From an uncultured delta proteobacterium (GTDB taxonomy: Bacteria > Myxococcota > Myxococcia > Myxococcales > Anaeromyxobacteraceae), in NCBI GenBank assembly GCA_963766715.1, contig CAVYBH010000012.1, positions 384,001 to 448,000 of the forward strand: a stretch of DNA of 64,000 nucleotides. The letters are read 5' to 3'. This document shows, one piece after another, positions 44,649 through 54,253 of this stretch. Position 1 is the stretch's first letter. Each line of letters starts with the position of its first letter. The position numbers were made by a program, and so were the translations under genes. The notes under the pieces were generated by a model. The model was not told the origin of the DNA, did no database searches, and saw only the letters and a program-made list of their open reading frames with translations.

Positions 44649-46601
44649 ATGTCCGAAATCGTGAAGGTCACGCTCCCCGACGGCTCGCAGAAGGAAGCCG
44701 TCCGCGGCACCCGCGTCATCGACTTCGTCCGCGAGAAGATCGGCGCCGGCCTGGCCAAGGCGGCCTACGTCGCCCGCCTCGACGGCGAGCCGGTCGACCT
44801 GAGCCGCCCCATCGATCGGGACGTCCGCCTGGAGGTCGTCACCACGCGGAACCCGGAAGCGCTCGAGGTGGCGCGCCACGACGCCGCCCACGTGATGGCG
44901 AGCGTGGTGCAGAAGCTCTACCCGGGGACGCAGGTCACCATCGGGCCCTCGATCGAGGACGGCTTCTACTACGACTTCGCCCGCGAGACGCCGTTCACGC
45001 CCGACGACCTGGCGGCCATCGAGAAGGCCACCAACGAGGCCATCGCCGCCGACCAGCCCTTCGTGCGCGAGGAGGTCTCGATGGCGGAGGCGCTCGCGCT
45101 CTTCGAGAAGCTGGGCGAGGGCTACAAGGTGGAGATCGTGAAGGACATCGCCTCCCGGGGGACGGGGACGCTCACGCTCTACCGGCACGGCGACTGGGTC
45201 GACTTCTGCCTGGGGCCCCACGGGCCGTCCACCGGCCGCATCGGCGTGGTGAAGCTGACCTCGGTGGCCGGAGCCTACTGGCGCGGCGATCCCAAGAACC
45301 CGATGCTCCAGCGCATCTACGGGACCTCCTTCTTCAGCAAGAAGGAGCTCGAGGAGTGGGTCACCCGGATGGAGGAGGCGCGCAAGCGCGACCACCGGAA
45401 GCTCGGTCCCCAGCTCGGCCTGTTCACCTTCCACCCGTACGCTCCGGGCGCGGCCTTCTGGCTCCAGAACGGCACCACGGTGTACCACCTGCTCGGGGAC
45501 GCCATGCGGCGGCTCACCCGGAAGAACGGCTACGTCGAGGTCAAGACGCCGCTGCTCTTCAACAAGAAGCTCTGGGAGACCTCGGGCCACTGGGGGAAGT
45601 ACCGCGAGAACATGTTCCTCGTGGTGGACAGCGAGACCGACGAGAGCCTGCCGCTCGAGGACCGCTGCACCCAGTCGCTCAAGCCCATGAACTGCCCGTC
45701 GCACCACCTGCTCTACGCGATGCAGAAGCGGAGCTACCGCGAGCTGCCCATCCGGTACCACACGCAGGACGTGCTCCACCGCAACGAGGCCTCGGGCACG
45801 CTCTCGGGGCTCACCCGGGTGCGCCAGTTCCAGCAGGACGACGCCCACATCTACCTGGCCGAGTCGCAGATCGTCGACGAGGTCCGCTCCCTCGTCCGGC
45901 AGATCGACACCGTCTACAAGGCGATGGGGCTCGAGTACACCGCCAAGTTCTCCACGCGACCCGCGGTGAAGCTGGGCGAGGAGGCCACCTGGGACCGCGC
46001 CGAGGCCGCGCTCAAGGGCGCGCTCGAGGCGGTGGGCCTTCCCTTCGAGGTCAAGCCGGGGGAGGGGGCCTTCTACGGCCCGAAGATCGACTTCGACGTC
46101 ACCGACTCGATCGGCCGGAAGTGGCAGCTCGCCACCATCCAGCTCGACTACCTCGCCCCGGAGCGCTTCGACCTCGGCTACGTCGGGGACGACAACGCCG
46201 AGCACCGGCCGGTGGTGATCCACCGGGCCATCTACGGCTCGTTCGAGCGCTTCATGGCCATCCTCACCGAGCACTTCGCCGGGGCGTTCCCGACCTGGCT
46301 CGCGCCGGTCCAGGCCCGGGTCGTCACCGTCTCCGACCGGTTCAACGACTGGGCGGCCGAGGTGGCGGCGCGGCTCGACCAGGAGGGGTTCCGGGTCGAG
46401 CTCGATCACACCAACGAGAAGCTCGGCGCCAAGATCCGCGACGCGCAGCTCCAGAAGATCCCCTTCACGCTGGTGGTGGGCGAGAAGGAGGTCGAGGCGA
46501 AGGGGGTCTCCCCCCGGCGGCGCGGCGGAGAGGACCTCAAGACGATGCCGCTCGACGCCTTCGTGGAGCTCCTCCGGAAGGAGGGGGCGCCCCCGTACTG
46601 A
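44649..46601 (+). CDS. thrS: Threonyl-tRNA synthetase
   Basis: TGS domain, [28 protein letters not shown]. Confidence 0.97.
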   Translation: MSEIVKVTLPDGSQKEAVRGTRVIDFVREKIGAGLAKAAYVARLDGEPVDLSRPIDRDVRLEVVTTRNPEALEVARHDAAHVMASVVQKLYPGTQVTIGPSIEDGFYYDFARETPFTPDDLAAIEKATNEAIAADQPFVREEVSMAEALALFEKLGEGYKVEIVKDIASRGTGTLTLYRHGDWVDFCLGPHGPSTGRIGVVKLTSVAGAYWRGDPKNPMLQRIYGTSFFSKKELEEWVTRMEEARKRDHRKLGPQLGLFTFHPYAPGAAFWLQNGTTVYHLLGDAMRRLTRKNGYVEVKTPLLFNKKLWETSGHWGKYRENMFLVVDSETDESLPLEDRCTQSLKPMNCPSHHLLYAMQKRSYRELPIRYHTQDVLHRNEASGTLSGLTRVRQFQQDDAHIYLAESQIVDEVRSLVRQIDTVYKAMGLEYTAKFSTRPAVKLGEEATWDRAEAALKGALEAVGLPFEVKPGEGAFYGPKIDFDVTDSIGRKWQLATIQLDYLAPERFDLGYVGDDNAEHRPVVIHRAIYGSFERFMAILTEHFAGAFPTWLAPVQARVVTVSDRFNDWAAEVAARLDQEGFRVELDHTNEKLGAKIRDAQLQKIPFTLVVGEKEVEAKGVSPRRRGGEDLKTMPLDAFVELLRKEGAPPY

Positions 46602-46625
46602 GCCCCGGGGCCTGGCCGCATCTCG

Positions 46626-46654
46626 TTGACAGGGCACGGCCGTTTCCGTAATGT
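46626..46654 (+). promoter_or_regulatory. Sigma70 promoter of the leu/ilv operon
   Basis: TTGACA-N17-TAATGT. Confidence 0.6.
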
Positions 46655-46827
46655 CCTTGGTCCGTGTCTTTCGTACGCAGAGAGCAGCGACTTCTTCGCC
46701 CGGCGGGAGAGGACTCCCGGCGAGGCTGATCCCTCTGCCGCGACCTCTTCCGCCGAACCGGCTGGAGGGGTCAATCTCGATGGCGAGTTCGCTCCTCTGG
46801 CCCCGAACCGGAGCCCGAGAAACCGCC

Positions 46828-48431
46828 ATGTCGAGTGACAAGACGAAGCCCGCCCCCACCACCGGAAGTTCCCCCGATCGCGTGATCGTGTTCGACACGA
46901 CGCTTCGCGACGGGGAGCAGAGCCCCGGGTTCTCCATGAACCTCGGGCAGAAGCTCCGCGTGGCCAAGGCCCTCCAGGAGCTGGGCGTGGACGTCATCGA
47001 GGCGGGCTTCGCCGCCGCCTCCCCGGGCGACCTCGAGGCCATCCAGGGCGTGAGCCGGCAGATCGAGGGGCCGATCATCTGCAGCCTGTCCCGCTGCACC
47101 CGGGGCGACATCGAGGCCTCCTGGAAGGCGCTCCAGGACGCGCCCCGCAGGCGCTGCCACGTCTTCCTCGCCACGAGCCCCATCCACCGCGACTTCAAGC
47201 TCAAGATGGCCAAGGAGGAGATCGTCCGCCGGGCCGTCGAGGGCGTGAAGATGGCCCGCGAGAAGTTCGACGACGTCGAGTTCTCCACGGAGGACGCCGC
47301 CCGCACCGAGCTGGAGTTCCTGGCCCAGGTGGTCGAGGGGGCCATCGAGGCCGGCGCCACGACCCTGAACATCCCCGACACCGTGGGCTACGCGCTGCCG
47401 TCCACCTACGCCGAGACCCTCTCCTACCTCTTCAGGAACGTCCGGGGCATCGACAAGGTCGTCATCTCGGTGCACTGCCACAACGACCTGGGCCTGGCGG
47501 TCGCGAACAGCCTGGCCGGCGTCCAGGTGGGCGCCCGGCAGGTGGAGTGCACGCTGAACGGCATCGGCGAGCGGGCCGGCAACGCCTCCCTGGAGGAGGT
47601 GGTCATGGCCATCAAGACCCGCGCCGACGTCTTCGGGGTCCGCACCGGCATCCACACCGAGAAGCTCTACCCGGCCAGCAAGATGGTCCAGCAGGTCACC
47701 GGGAATCCCGTGCAGCGGAACAAGGCCATCGTCGGGCAGAACGCCTTCGCCCACGAGGCGGGCATCCACCAGCACGGGATGCTCACGCACCGGGAGACCT
47801 ACGAGATCATGCGCCCCGAGGAGGTCGGCTTCACCAAGTCCCAGCTGGTCCTCGGCAAGCACTCCGGGCGGCACGCGCTGAAGGAGCGGCTCACCGAGCT
47901 GGGCTACCGGCTCTCCGACGAGCAGCTCGACCGGGTCTTCGCCGACTTCAAGCTGCTGGCGGACAAGAAGAAGGAGATCTACGACGCCGACCTGGAGGCG
48001 CTCGTGATCCACGGCCAGCTCCTCAAGGGGCAGGTGATGTGGGAGCTCTCCGCGCTCTCCACCACGTCGGGCACCGGGACGCTGCCGGCGGCCTCCATCG
48101 CGCTCGTCAAGTCGGGCGGCGGGCACTTCCAGGACGCCGCCGCCGGCGACGGACCGGTGGACGCGGTGTTCAAGGCCATCGAGAAGATCACCGGCATCGA
48201 GGTCCGCCTGCGCGACTACCGCATCCAGTCGGTCACCGTGGGCGAGGACGCCCAGGGCGAGGTGAGCCTGGAGGTGGAGCACGCGACCGGCGTCTACCGC
48301 GGCCGCGCGCTCTCCACCGACGTCATCGAGGGCAGCGCCCAGGCCTTCCTCGACGTGGTGAACCGGATCGCCCTCAGATCCGGCCCGAGGAAGCGGAGCA
48401 GGAGGCGAAGAATGCCCTCGGATCCGTCTAG
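46828..48431 (+). CDS. leuA: 2-isopropylmalate synthase (indel near 48375 causes apparent fusion to ilvB)
   Basis: [36 protein letters not shown] regulatory domain. Confidence 0.93.
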
Positions 48432-48471
48432 CACCGCTGCGGTCGCAACGACCCGAACGTCGAGAGGAACA

Positions 48472-50178
48472 ATGGCCAAGGAAAAGACCACCGGAGCGAA
48501 GGCAGTCGTGAAGGCGCTGGAGGCCGAGGGCGTCGAGTGGGTCTTCGGCGTGCCGGGCGGGGCCATCCTGCCCATCTACGACGCCCTCTTCGACTCGAAG
48601 AAGGTGAAGCACGTGCTGGTGCGCCACGAGCAGACCGGCGCCCACGCGGCCGAGGGCTATGCGCACGCCACCGGCAAGGTCGGGGTGTGCTTCGGCACCT
48701 CCGGTCCGGGGGCGACCAACCTCGTCACCGGCATCGCCGACGCCTACCTGGACTCGGTCCCGATGGTGGCCATCACCGGGAACGTCTCCTCCGCGCTCAT
48801 CGGGAGCGACGCCTTCCAGGAGGCCGACATCACCGGCATCACCATGCCCATCACCAAGCACAACTGGCTGGTGACCGACGTGAAGGACCTCCCGCGCATC
48901 CTCAAGGAGGCCTTCTACATCGCCCGCACCGGGCGCCCCGGGCCGGTCCTCGTCGACATCCCCAAGGACGTCCAGAACGCCGAGCTGGAGTTCGAGTACC
49001 CGGAGACGGTGAACATCCCGGGCTACCACCCGCCGGTGCGCGAGGAGCCACGGCTCAAGGACGCGGCGGCGCTCATCCGGGGCTCCAGCCGGCCGGTCAT
49101 CTACCTGGGCGGCGGCGTCCGGACCTCCAGCGCCTACGACGAGGTGAAGGACTTCGTCGAGCTGGTGGGTGCGCCGGTGGTGACCACCGTCCACGGCAAG
49201 GGGGCGCTCCCCGAGACGCACCCGCAGTGCCTGGGCATGTTCGGCATGCACGGCGCCAAGTTCGCGAACTACACGGTCCAGGAGTCGGACCTGATCGTCG
49301 CGCTGGGAGCCCGCTTCGACGACCGGGTGACCGGGAAGCTCTCGACCTTCGCGCCCGAGGCCAAGATCGTCCACCTCGACATCGACCCGGCCGAGATCTC
49401 CAAGCTGGTGACCGCCACCGTCCCGCTGGTCGGAGATCTCAAGCTCCTGCTCCCCCAGCTCACCGAGGCCACCCGCAAGGCCTTCGCCGCCTCCGGGCGG
49501 GCCGACATCGCGCCCTGGGTGAAGAAGGTCGCCGACTGGCGGGAGAAGCACCCGCTCCACTACGCGGCCCAGGGCGACGAGTTCATCGAGCCGCAGCACG
49601 TCATCCAGCGGATCTGGGAGAAGACCGGGGGCAAGGCGCTCGTCACCACCGGCGTGGGCAAGCACCAGATGTTCGCGGCCCAGTACTGGAAGACCATCTG
49701 GCCCCGCCAGTTCATCACCTCGGGGGGGCTGGGAACCATGGGGTTCTGCCTGCCCGCCGCCATCGGCATCCAGCTCGGCAAGCCCGATGCGCTCGTCATC
49801 GGCATCGACGGCGACGGGTCCTTCCAGATGACGCTCCAGGACCTGGCCACCGCGGTGGACCTCAAGCTGAACATCAAGATCTTCATCCTCAACAACCTGT
49901 TCCTGGGGATGGTCCACCAGTGGCAGGACCTCTTCTACGAGAAGCGGCTCGCCGAGACCCCGCTCAGCGACCTTCCCGACCTGGTGAAGCTGGCCGACGC
50001 GTACTCCTGCCTGGGGCTGCGCGCCCGCAAGCCGGCCGAGCTGGAGGACGTCCTCGACCGGGCGCTCGCCCACACGGGCGGTCCGGTCATCGTCGACATC
50101 CGGACCCGACCCGACGCGCACGTCTACCCCATGGTCCCCGCCGGGGCCCCGCTCAACGACATGATCGACGGCGAGTGA
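48472..50178 (+). CDS. ilvB: Acetolactate synthase large subunit
   Basis: RHEQ, TSGPGATN, GDGSFQM..NN ThDP motif; own RBS. Confidence 0.95.
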   Translation: MAKEKTTGAKAVVKALEAEGVEWVFGVPGGAILPIYDALFDSKKVKHVLVRHEQTGAHAAEGYAHATGKVGVCFGTSGPGATNLVTGIADAYLDSVPMVAITGNVSSALIGSDAFQEADITGITMPITKHNWLVTDVKDLPRILKEAFYIARTGRPGPVLVDIPKDVQNAELEFEYPETVNIPGYHPPVREEPRLKDAAALIRGSSRPVIYLGGGVRTSSAYDEVKDFVELVGAPVVTTVHGKGALPETHPQCLGMFGMHGAKFANYTVQESDLIVALGARFDDRVTGKLSTFAPEAKIVHLDIDPAEISKLVTATVPLVGDLKLLLPQLTEATRKAFAASGRADIAPWVKKVADWREKHPLHYAAQGDEFIEPQHVIQRIWEKTGGKALVTTGVGKHQMFAAQYWKTIWPRQFITSGGLGTMGFCLPAAIGIQLGKPDALVIGIDGDGSFQMTLQDLATAVDLKLNIKIFILNNLFLGMVHQWQDLFYEKRLAETPLSDLPDLVKLADAYSCLGLRARKPAELEDVLDRALAHTGGPVIVDIRTRPDAHVYPMVPAGAPLNDMIDGE

Positions 50179-50188
50179 GAGGACATAC

Positions 50189-50722
50189 ATGGAACGCAAC
50201 GAGACGATGCCCAGCTCGAGCACCCACACCGTCAGCCTGCTCGTCGAGAACAAGCCCGGCGTGCTGCACCGCATCGCCGGACTGTTCTCCCGGCGCGGCT
50301 ACAACATCGCCAGCCTCACCGTGGGGCCGACCGAGCGCCCCGAGTACTCGCGCATGACCATCGTGGTCCGCCTCTCCTCCAAGACCGTGGAGCAGGTGGT
50401 CCGCCAGGTGCAGAAGCTGGTGCCGGTGGTCGAGGTCCGGGAGCTCTCGCCGGTCGACCTGATCGAGCGCGAGCTCCTGCTCGTGAAGATCCGGACCCCG
50501 GAGAAGAACCACGCCGAGCTCCGCGCGCTCGCCGAGACGTACGAGGCGAGCATCGTCGACGTCTCCCCGGACGCGCTGATCATCGAGGCCAGCGGCAACG
50601 CCGGGAAGCTCGACGCGCTGGAGGATCGGCTGGCGCCGTACGGCATCCAGGAGATCTGCCGCTCCGGGCGCATCGCCCTCGAGCGCGGCTTCAAGACCCT
50701 CGCACCCCCCAACCTCAAGTGA
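50189..50722 (+). CDS. ilvN: Acetolactate synthase small subunit
   Basis: ENKPGVL, FSRRGYNIASLTV, RELLLVKI. Confidence 0.95.
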   Translation: MERNETMPSSSTHTVSLLVENKPGVLHRIAGLFSRRGYNIASLTVGPTERPEYSRMTIVVRLSSKTVEQVVRQVQKLVPVVEVRELSPVDLIERELLLVKIRTPEKNHAELRALAETYEASIVDVSPDALIIEASGNAGKLDALEDRLAPYGIQEICRSGRIALERGFKTLAPPNLK

Positions 50723-50733
50723 ACGGATAGACC

Positions 50734-51759
50734 ATGGCGACCATCTACTACGACAAGGACGCGAAGCCGGAGCTGCTGAAGGCGAAGAAGGTGGCCGTCA
50801 TCGGCTACGGCAGCCAGGGGCATGCGCACGCCCTCAACCTCAAGGACTCCGGCGTGGACGTGCGCGTCGGCCTGCACGCCGGCTCCAAGTCGCGGGCCAA
50901 GGCCGAAGGGGCCGGACTGCGCGTGACGAGCGTCGCGGAGGCCGCCCGCGAGGCGGACGTGATCATGGTGCTCCTCCCCGACCAGACCCAGAAGAAGGTC
51001 TACGAGGAGGAGATCAAGCCGCACCTCACCAAGGGCAAGGCGCTCCTCTTCGCCCACGGCTTCAACATCCACTTCGGGCAGGTGAAGCCCCCGCCCGACG
51101 TGGACGTCCTCCTCATCGCCCCCAAGGGGCCGGGGCACCTCGTCCGCCGCCAGTTCCAGGACGGCCGGGGCATTCCCTGCCTGATCGCCGTCCACCAGGA
51201 CGCGACGGGCCAGGCGAAGGACATCGGCCTCGCCTACGCCCGGGCGGTCGGCGGCGGCCGGGCCGGCATCCTCGAGACCACCTTCAAGGAGGAGACCGAG
51301 ACCGATCTCTTCGGCGAGCAGGCGGTGCTCTGCGGAGGAGCCGCCGCCCTGGTGAAGACCGGGTTCGAGGTCCTGGTGGAGGCGGGCTACCAGCCGGAGA
51401 GCGCCTACTTCGAGTGCCTCCACGAGCTGAAGCTCATCGTCGACCTCATGTACGAAGGCGGCCTGGCCTGGATGCGTCACTCAATCAGCGACACGGCCGA
51501 GTACGGGGACTTCACCCGCGGCCCGCGCGTGGTGAACGCCCAGACCAAGGACGAAATGCGCAAGATTCTCAAGGAGATCCAGGACGGGACCTTCGCGCGG
51601 GAGTTCATCGGCGAGCTCAACTCGGGCGGGAAGAACTTCGAGGCGATGCGCGTGAAGGAGAAGGCGCACCCCATCGAGGCCGTCGGCAAGGAGCTCCGCG
51701 GCATGATGAGCTGGATCCGGGATGCCCGAAAGGACTCCTCCGATCCGAACGCGCGTTGA
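50734..51759 (+). CDS. ilvC: Ketol-acid reductoisomerase
   Basis: [26 protein letters not shown]. Confidence 0.97.
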   Translation: MATIYYDKDAKPELLKAKKVAVIGYGSQGHAHALNLKDSGVDVRVGLHAGSKSRAKAEGAGLRVTSVAEAAREADVIMVLLPDQTQKKVYEEEIKPHLTKGKALLFAHGFNIHFGQVKPPPDVDVLLIAPKGPGHLVRRQFQDGRGIPCLIAVHQDATGQAKDIGLAYARAVGGGRAGILETTFKEETETDLFGEQAVLCGGAAALVKTGFEVLVEAGYQPESAYFECLHELKLIVDLMYEGGLAWMRHSISDTAEYGDFTRGPRVVNAQTKDEMRKILKEIQDGTFAREFIGELNSGGKNFEAMRVKEKAHPIEAVGKELRGMMSWIRDARKDSSDPNAR

Positions 51760-51828
51760 CATTCAGCCGAATATCCTTATCCTTACGCGATTTTTCGGCC
51801 CCCCACCGGGGACCACAGGAGACCGCCC

Positions 51829-52485
51829 ATCAACGGCAAAGACCAGAGGAACACGAGCCGCGACGCGCGCACCAACCGGCGCATCAAGGCCCGCGAGGTG
51901 CGCGTCATCGGCGCCGAGGGTGAGCAGCTCGGAATCCTCCCGATCGAGCAGGCACTGCGCACGGCCCAGGAGGGCGGCTTCGACCTCGTCGAGGTCAGCC
52001 CCCTCGCCAAGCCGCCCGTCTGCAAGATCATGGATTACGGGAAGTTCAAGTACACGGAGAAGAAGAAGCAGAGCGAGGCCAAGAAGAAGCAGGTGGTGGT
52101 GCAGCTGAAGGAGGTCAAGCTGCGCCCGCGGACCGAGGAGCACGACTACGAGGTCAAGATCCGGAAGATCCGCGAGTTCCTCGAGGACTCGAACAAGGCG
52201 CGCGTCACGGTGATGTTCCGCGGACGCGAGCTCAGCCACCGTGAGCTCGGGCACAAGGTCCTCGAGCGGGTGGTCGGCGACCTGAAGGAGACGGCGGTCA
52301 TCGAGTCGTCCGCGAGGATGGAAGGGCGGCAGATGTTCATGATCCTCGCCCCCAACCCGCGCATGCTGCAGTCGCAGCGCGACCGGGCCAAGTCGCAGGG
52401 TGCCGCGGCGGCAGCCGCGGGACCGGCAGCACCCACGCCGGCCCCCGAGGGCGGCGGAAACGACACCGGCGGCGGCGCCCCGTAG
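51829..52485 (+). CDS. infC: Translation initiation factor IF-3 (ATC start)
   Basis: AGGAG RBS then in-frame ATC; NRRI, DLVEV, PPVCKIMDYGKF, FRGRE; upstream TTGACA-N16-TATCCT at 51756-51783. Confidence 0.93.
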   Translation: MNGKDQRNTSRDARTNRRIKAREVRVIGAEGEQLGILPIEQALRTAQEGGFDLVEVSPLAKPPVCKIMDYGKFKYTEKKKQSEAKKKQVVVQLKEVKLRPRTEEHDYEVKIRKIREFLEDSNKARVTVMFRGRELSHRELGHKVLERVVGDLKETAVIESSARMEGRQMFMILAPNPRMLQSQRDRAKSQGAAAAAAGPAAPTPAPEGGGNDTGGGAP

Positions 52486-52520
52486 CGCCGTCCCACAGAG
52501 AGACAGAGAGAAGGAAGAAG

Positions 52521-52724
52521 ATGCCGAAGCTCAAGACCAAGAGCGCTGCCAAGAAGCGCTTCCAGGTGAAGAAGAGCGGCGAGGTGAAGTTCCGCCGCGC
52601 CGGCTCCCGTCACCTCGCCACGTTCGGGAAGACCCCGAAGCAGAAGCGGGGACTCCGCGGCACCGACCACCTGTCGGCCAGTGACGCGAAGAAGGTGAAG
52701 GAAAACTTCCCGTACGCCCGCTAG
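52521..52724 (+). CDS. rpmI: 50S ribosomal protein L35
   Basis: MPKLKTKSAAKKRF. Confidence 0.95.
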   Translation: MPKLKTKSAAKKRFQVKKSGEVKFRRAGSRHLATFGKTPKQKRGLRGTDHLSASDAKKVKENFPYAR

Positions 52725-52815
52725 GGCCGAAGGGAACCAACGCCCAAGCGGGGCTCTCGAAGCGCTCGGGAGGCAACGTCCTCCCGGCCCCCCGCCGGCA
52801 CAGCAGGAGTGAAAC

Positions 52816-53160
52816 ATGCGCGTCAAGAGGGGTGTAAAGGCTCGTCGTCGTCGCAATCGCGTCCTGAAGCTCGCCAAGGGCTTCCGGGGCCGCCGCAAGA
52901 ACGCATACCGCCGCGCCAACCAGGCCGTCGAGCGCGCGCTGGACTACAGCACCCGCGACCGCCGCCGCCGCCGCCGGGAGTTCCGCTCCCTCTGGATCGT
53001 GCGCATCAACGCCGCGGCCCGCCTGAACGGAACGACCTACTCGCGCCTGGTGGGGGCCATGCACACGGCAGGGGTGGCGCTCGACCGCAAGGTCCTCGCC
53101 GAGATCGCCCTGGCGCTGCCGGCCGACTTCGCGGCCGTGGTCCGGGCCGCCCAGGCCTAG
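52816..53160 (+). CDS. rplT: 50S ribosomal protein L20
   Basis: [25 protein letters not shown]. Confidence 0.97.
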   Translation: MRVKRGVKARRRRNRVLKLAKGFRGRRKNAYRRANQAVERALDYSTRDRRRRRREFRSLWIVRINAAARLNGTTYSRLVGAMHTAGVALDRKVLAEIALALPADFAAVVRAAQA

Positions 53161-53170
53161 GCCAGGGCAC

Positions 53171-54247
53171 GTGGACCTGGTCCGAGACCTGGAGGCCCTG
53201 GCAGAAGGGGCCCGGCAGTCCATCTCGTCTGCGGCAGACGAACGCGCGCTCGAGGAGCTGCGGGTCCGTTTCCTCGGCAAGAAGGGCGAGCTGTCCGTCG
53301 TGCTTCGCGGAATGGGCCAGCTCGCCGCCGGGGAACGCCCCCGCGTCGGCGAGGTGGCCAATCGCGTCCGGGACGAGGTCGAGAACCTGCTCACCCGGGC
53401 GCGCCAGCGCATCGAGGACGCACGCCTGGAGCGCGAGCTCCAGGGATCGCGCATCGACGTGACGTTGCCGGGCCGGCGGCTCCTGCCGCGCGGGCACCGG
53501 CATCCGGTCACGCGGGCCACCGAGGAGATCGTCGGCGTCTTCGGGCGCCTGGGATACGAGGTCGCGAGCGGCCCGGAGATCGAGCTCGACTGGTACAACT
53601 TCGAGGCGCTCAACATCCCGAAGGATCATCCCGCCCGGGACATGCAGGACACCTTCTACGTCGACCGGGCCACGCTGGGCGCGGGCGTCGGGGACGGGGC
53701 CGTGCTGCTGCGGACCCACACCTCGCCCATCCAGATCCGGGCCATGAAGCGGGCCGGTGCTCCGCCCATCCGGGTGGTGGCTCCGGGGCGCGTCTACCGA
53801 AGCGACTACGACCAGACCCACTCGCCCATGTTCCACCAGGTCGAGGGGATCTGCGTCGGCCCGGGCATCACCTTCGCCGACCTGAAGGGCACGCTGGCCG
53901 CCTTCGCGCGGGCCTACTTCGGCCCGGGCACCGCCACGCGCGTCCGTCCCAGCTACTTCCCCTTCGTGGAGCCGGGCGCCGAGATCGACGTCTCCTGCAC
54001 CATCTGCGGCGGCTCGGGAACCCGGGCCGAGGTCCGCTGCGGCACCTGCAAGGGCACCGGTTGGCTGGAGGTCCTCGGGTCGGGCATGGTCCACCCCAAG
54101 GTCCTCGAGAACGTCGGCTTCGATCCGGCGGCCGTGACCGGGTTCGCCTTCGGCATGGGCGTCGAGCGGATGGCGATGCTCAAGTACGGCATCGCCGATC
54201 TCCGGCTCTTCTACGAGAACGACCTCCGCTTCCTCGAGCAGTTCTGA
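53171..54247 (+). CDS. pheS: Phenylalanyl-tRNA synthetase alpha subunit
   Basis: HPARDMQDTF, LRTHTSP, FHQVEG, GFAFGMG. Confidence 0.97.
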   Translation: MDLVRDLEALAEGARQSISSAADERALEELRVRFLGKKGELSVVLRGMGQLAAGERPRVGEVANRVRDEVENLLTRARQRIEDARLERELQGSRIDVTLPGRRLLPRGHRHPVTRATEEIVGVFGRLGYEVASGPEIELDWYNFEALNIPKDHPARDMQDTFYVDRATLGAGVGDGAVLLRTHTSPIQIRAMKRAGAPPIRVVAPGRVYRSDYDQTHSPMFHQVEGICVGPGITFADLKGTLAAFARAYFGPGTATRVRPSYFPFVEPGAEIDVSCTICGGSGTRAEVRCGTCKGTGWLEVLGSGMVHPKVLENVGFDPAAVTGFAFGMGVERMAMLKYGIADLRLFYENDLRFLEQF

Positions 54248-54253
54248 GCCGAC

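Noticed and set aside
46651..50178. Apparent 1175-aa LeuA-IlvB fusion
   Set aside because: A one-base shift near 48375 restores a LeuA end at 48431, and ilvB has its own RBS and ATG at 48472
53990..54065. CxxC..CxxC insert in PheS
   Set aside because: Zinc-ribbon-like insert known from many bacterial PheS proteins
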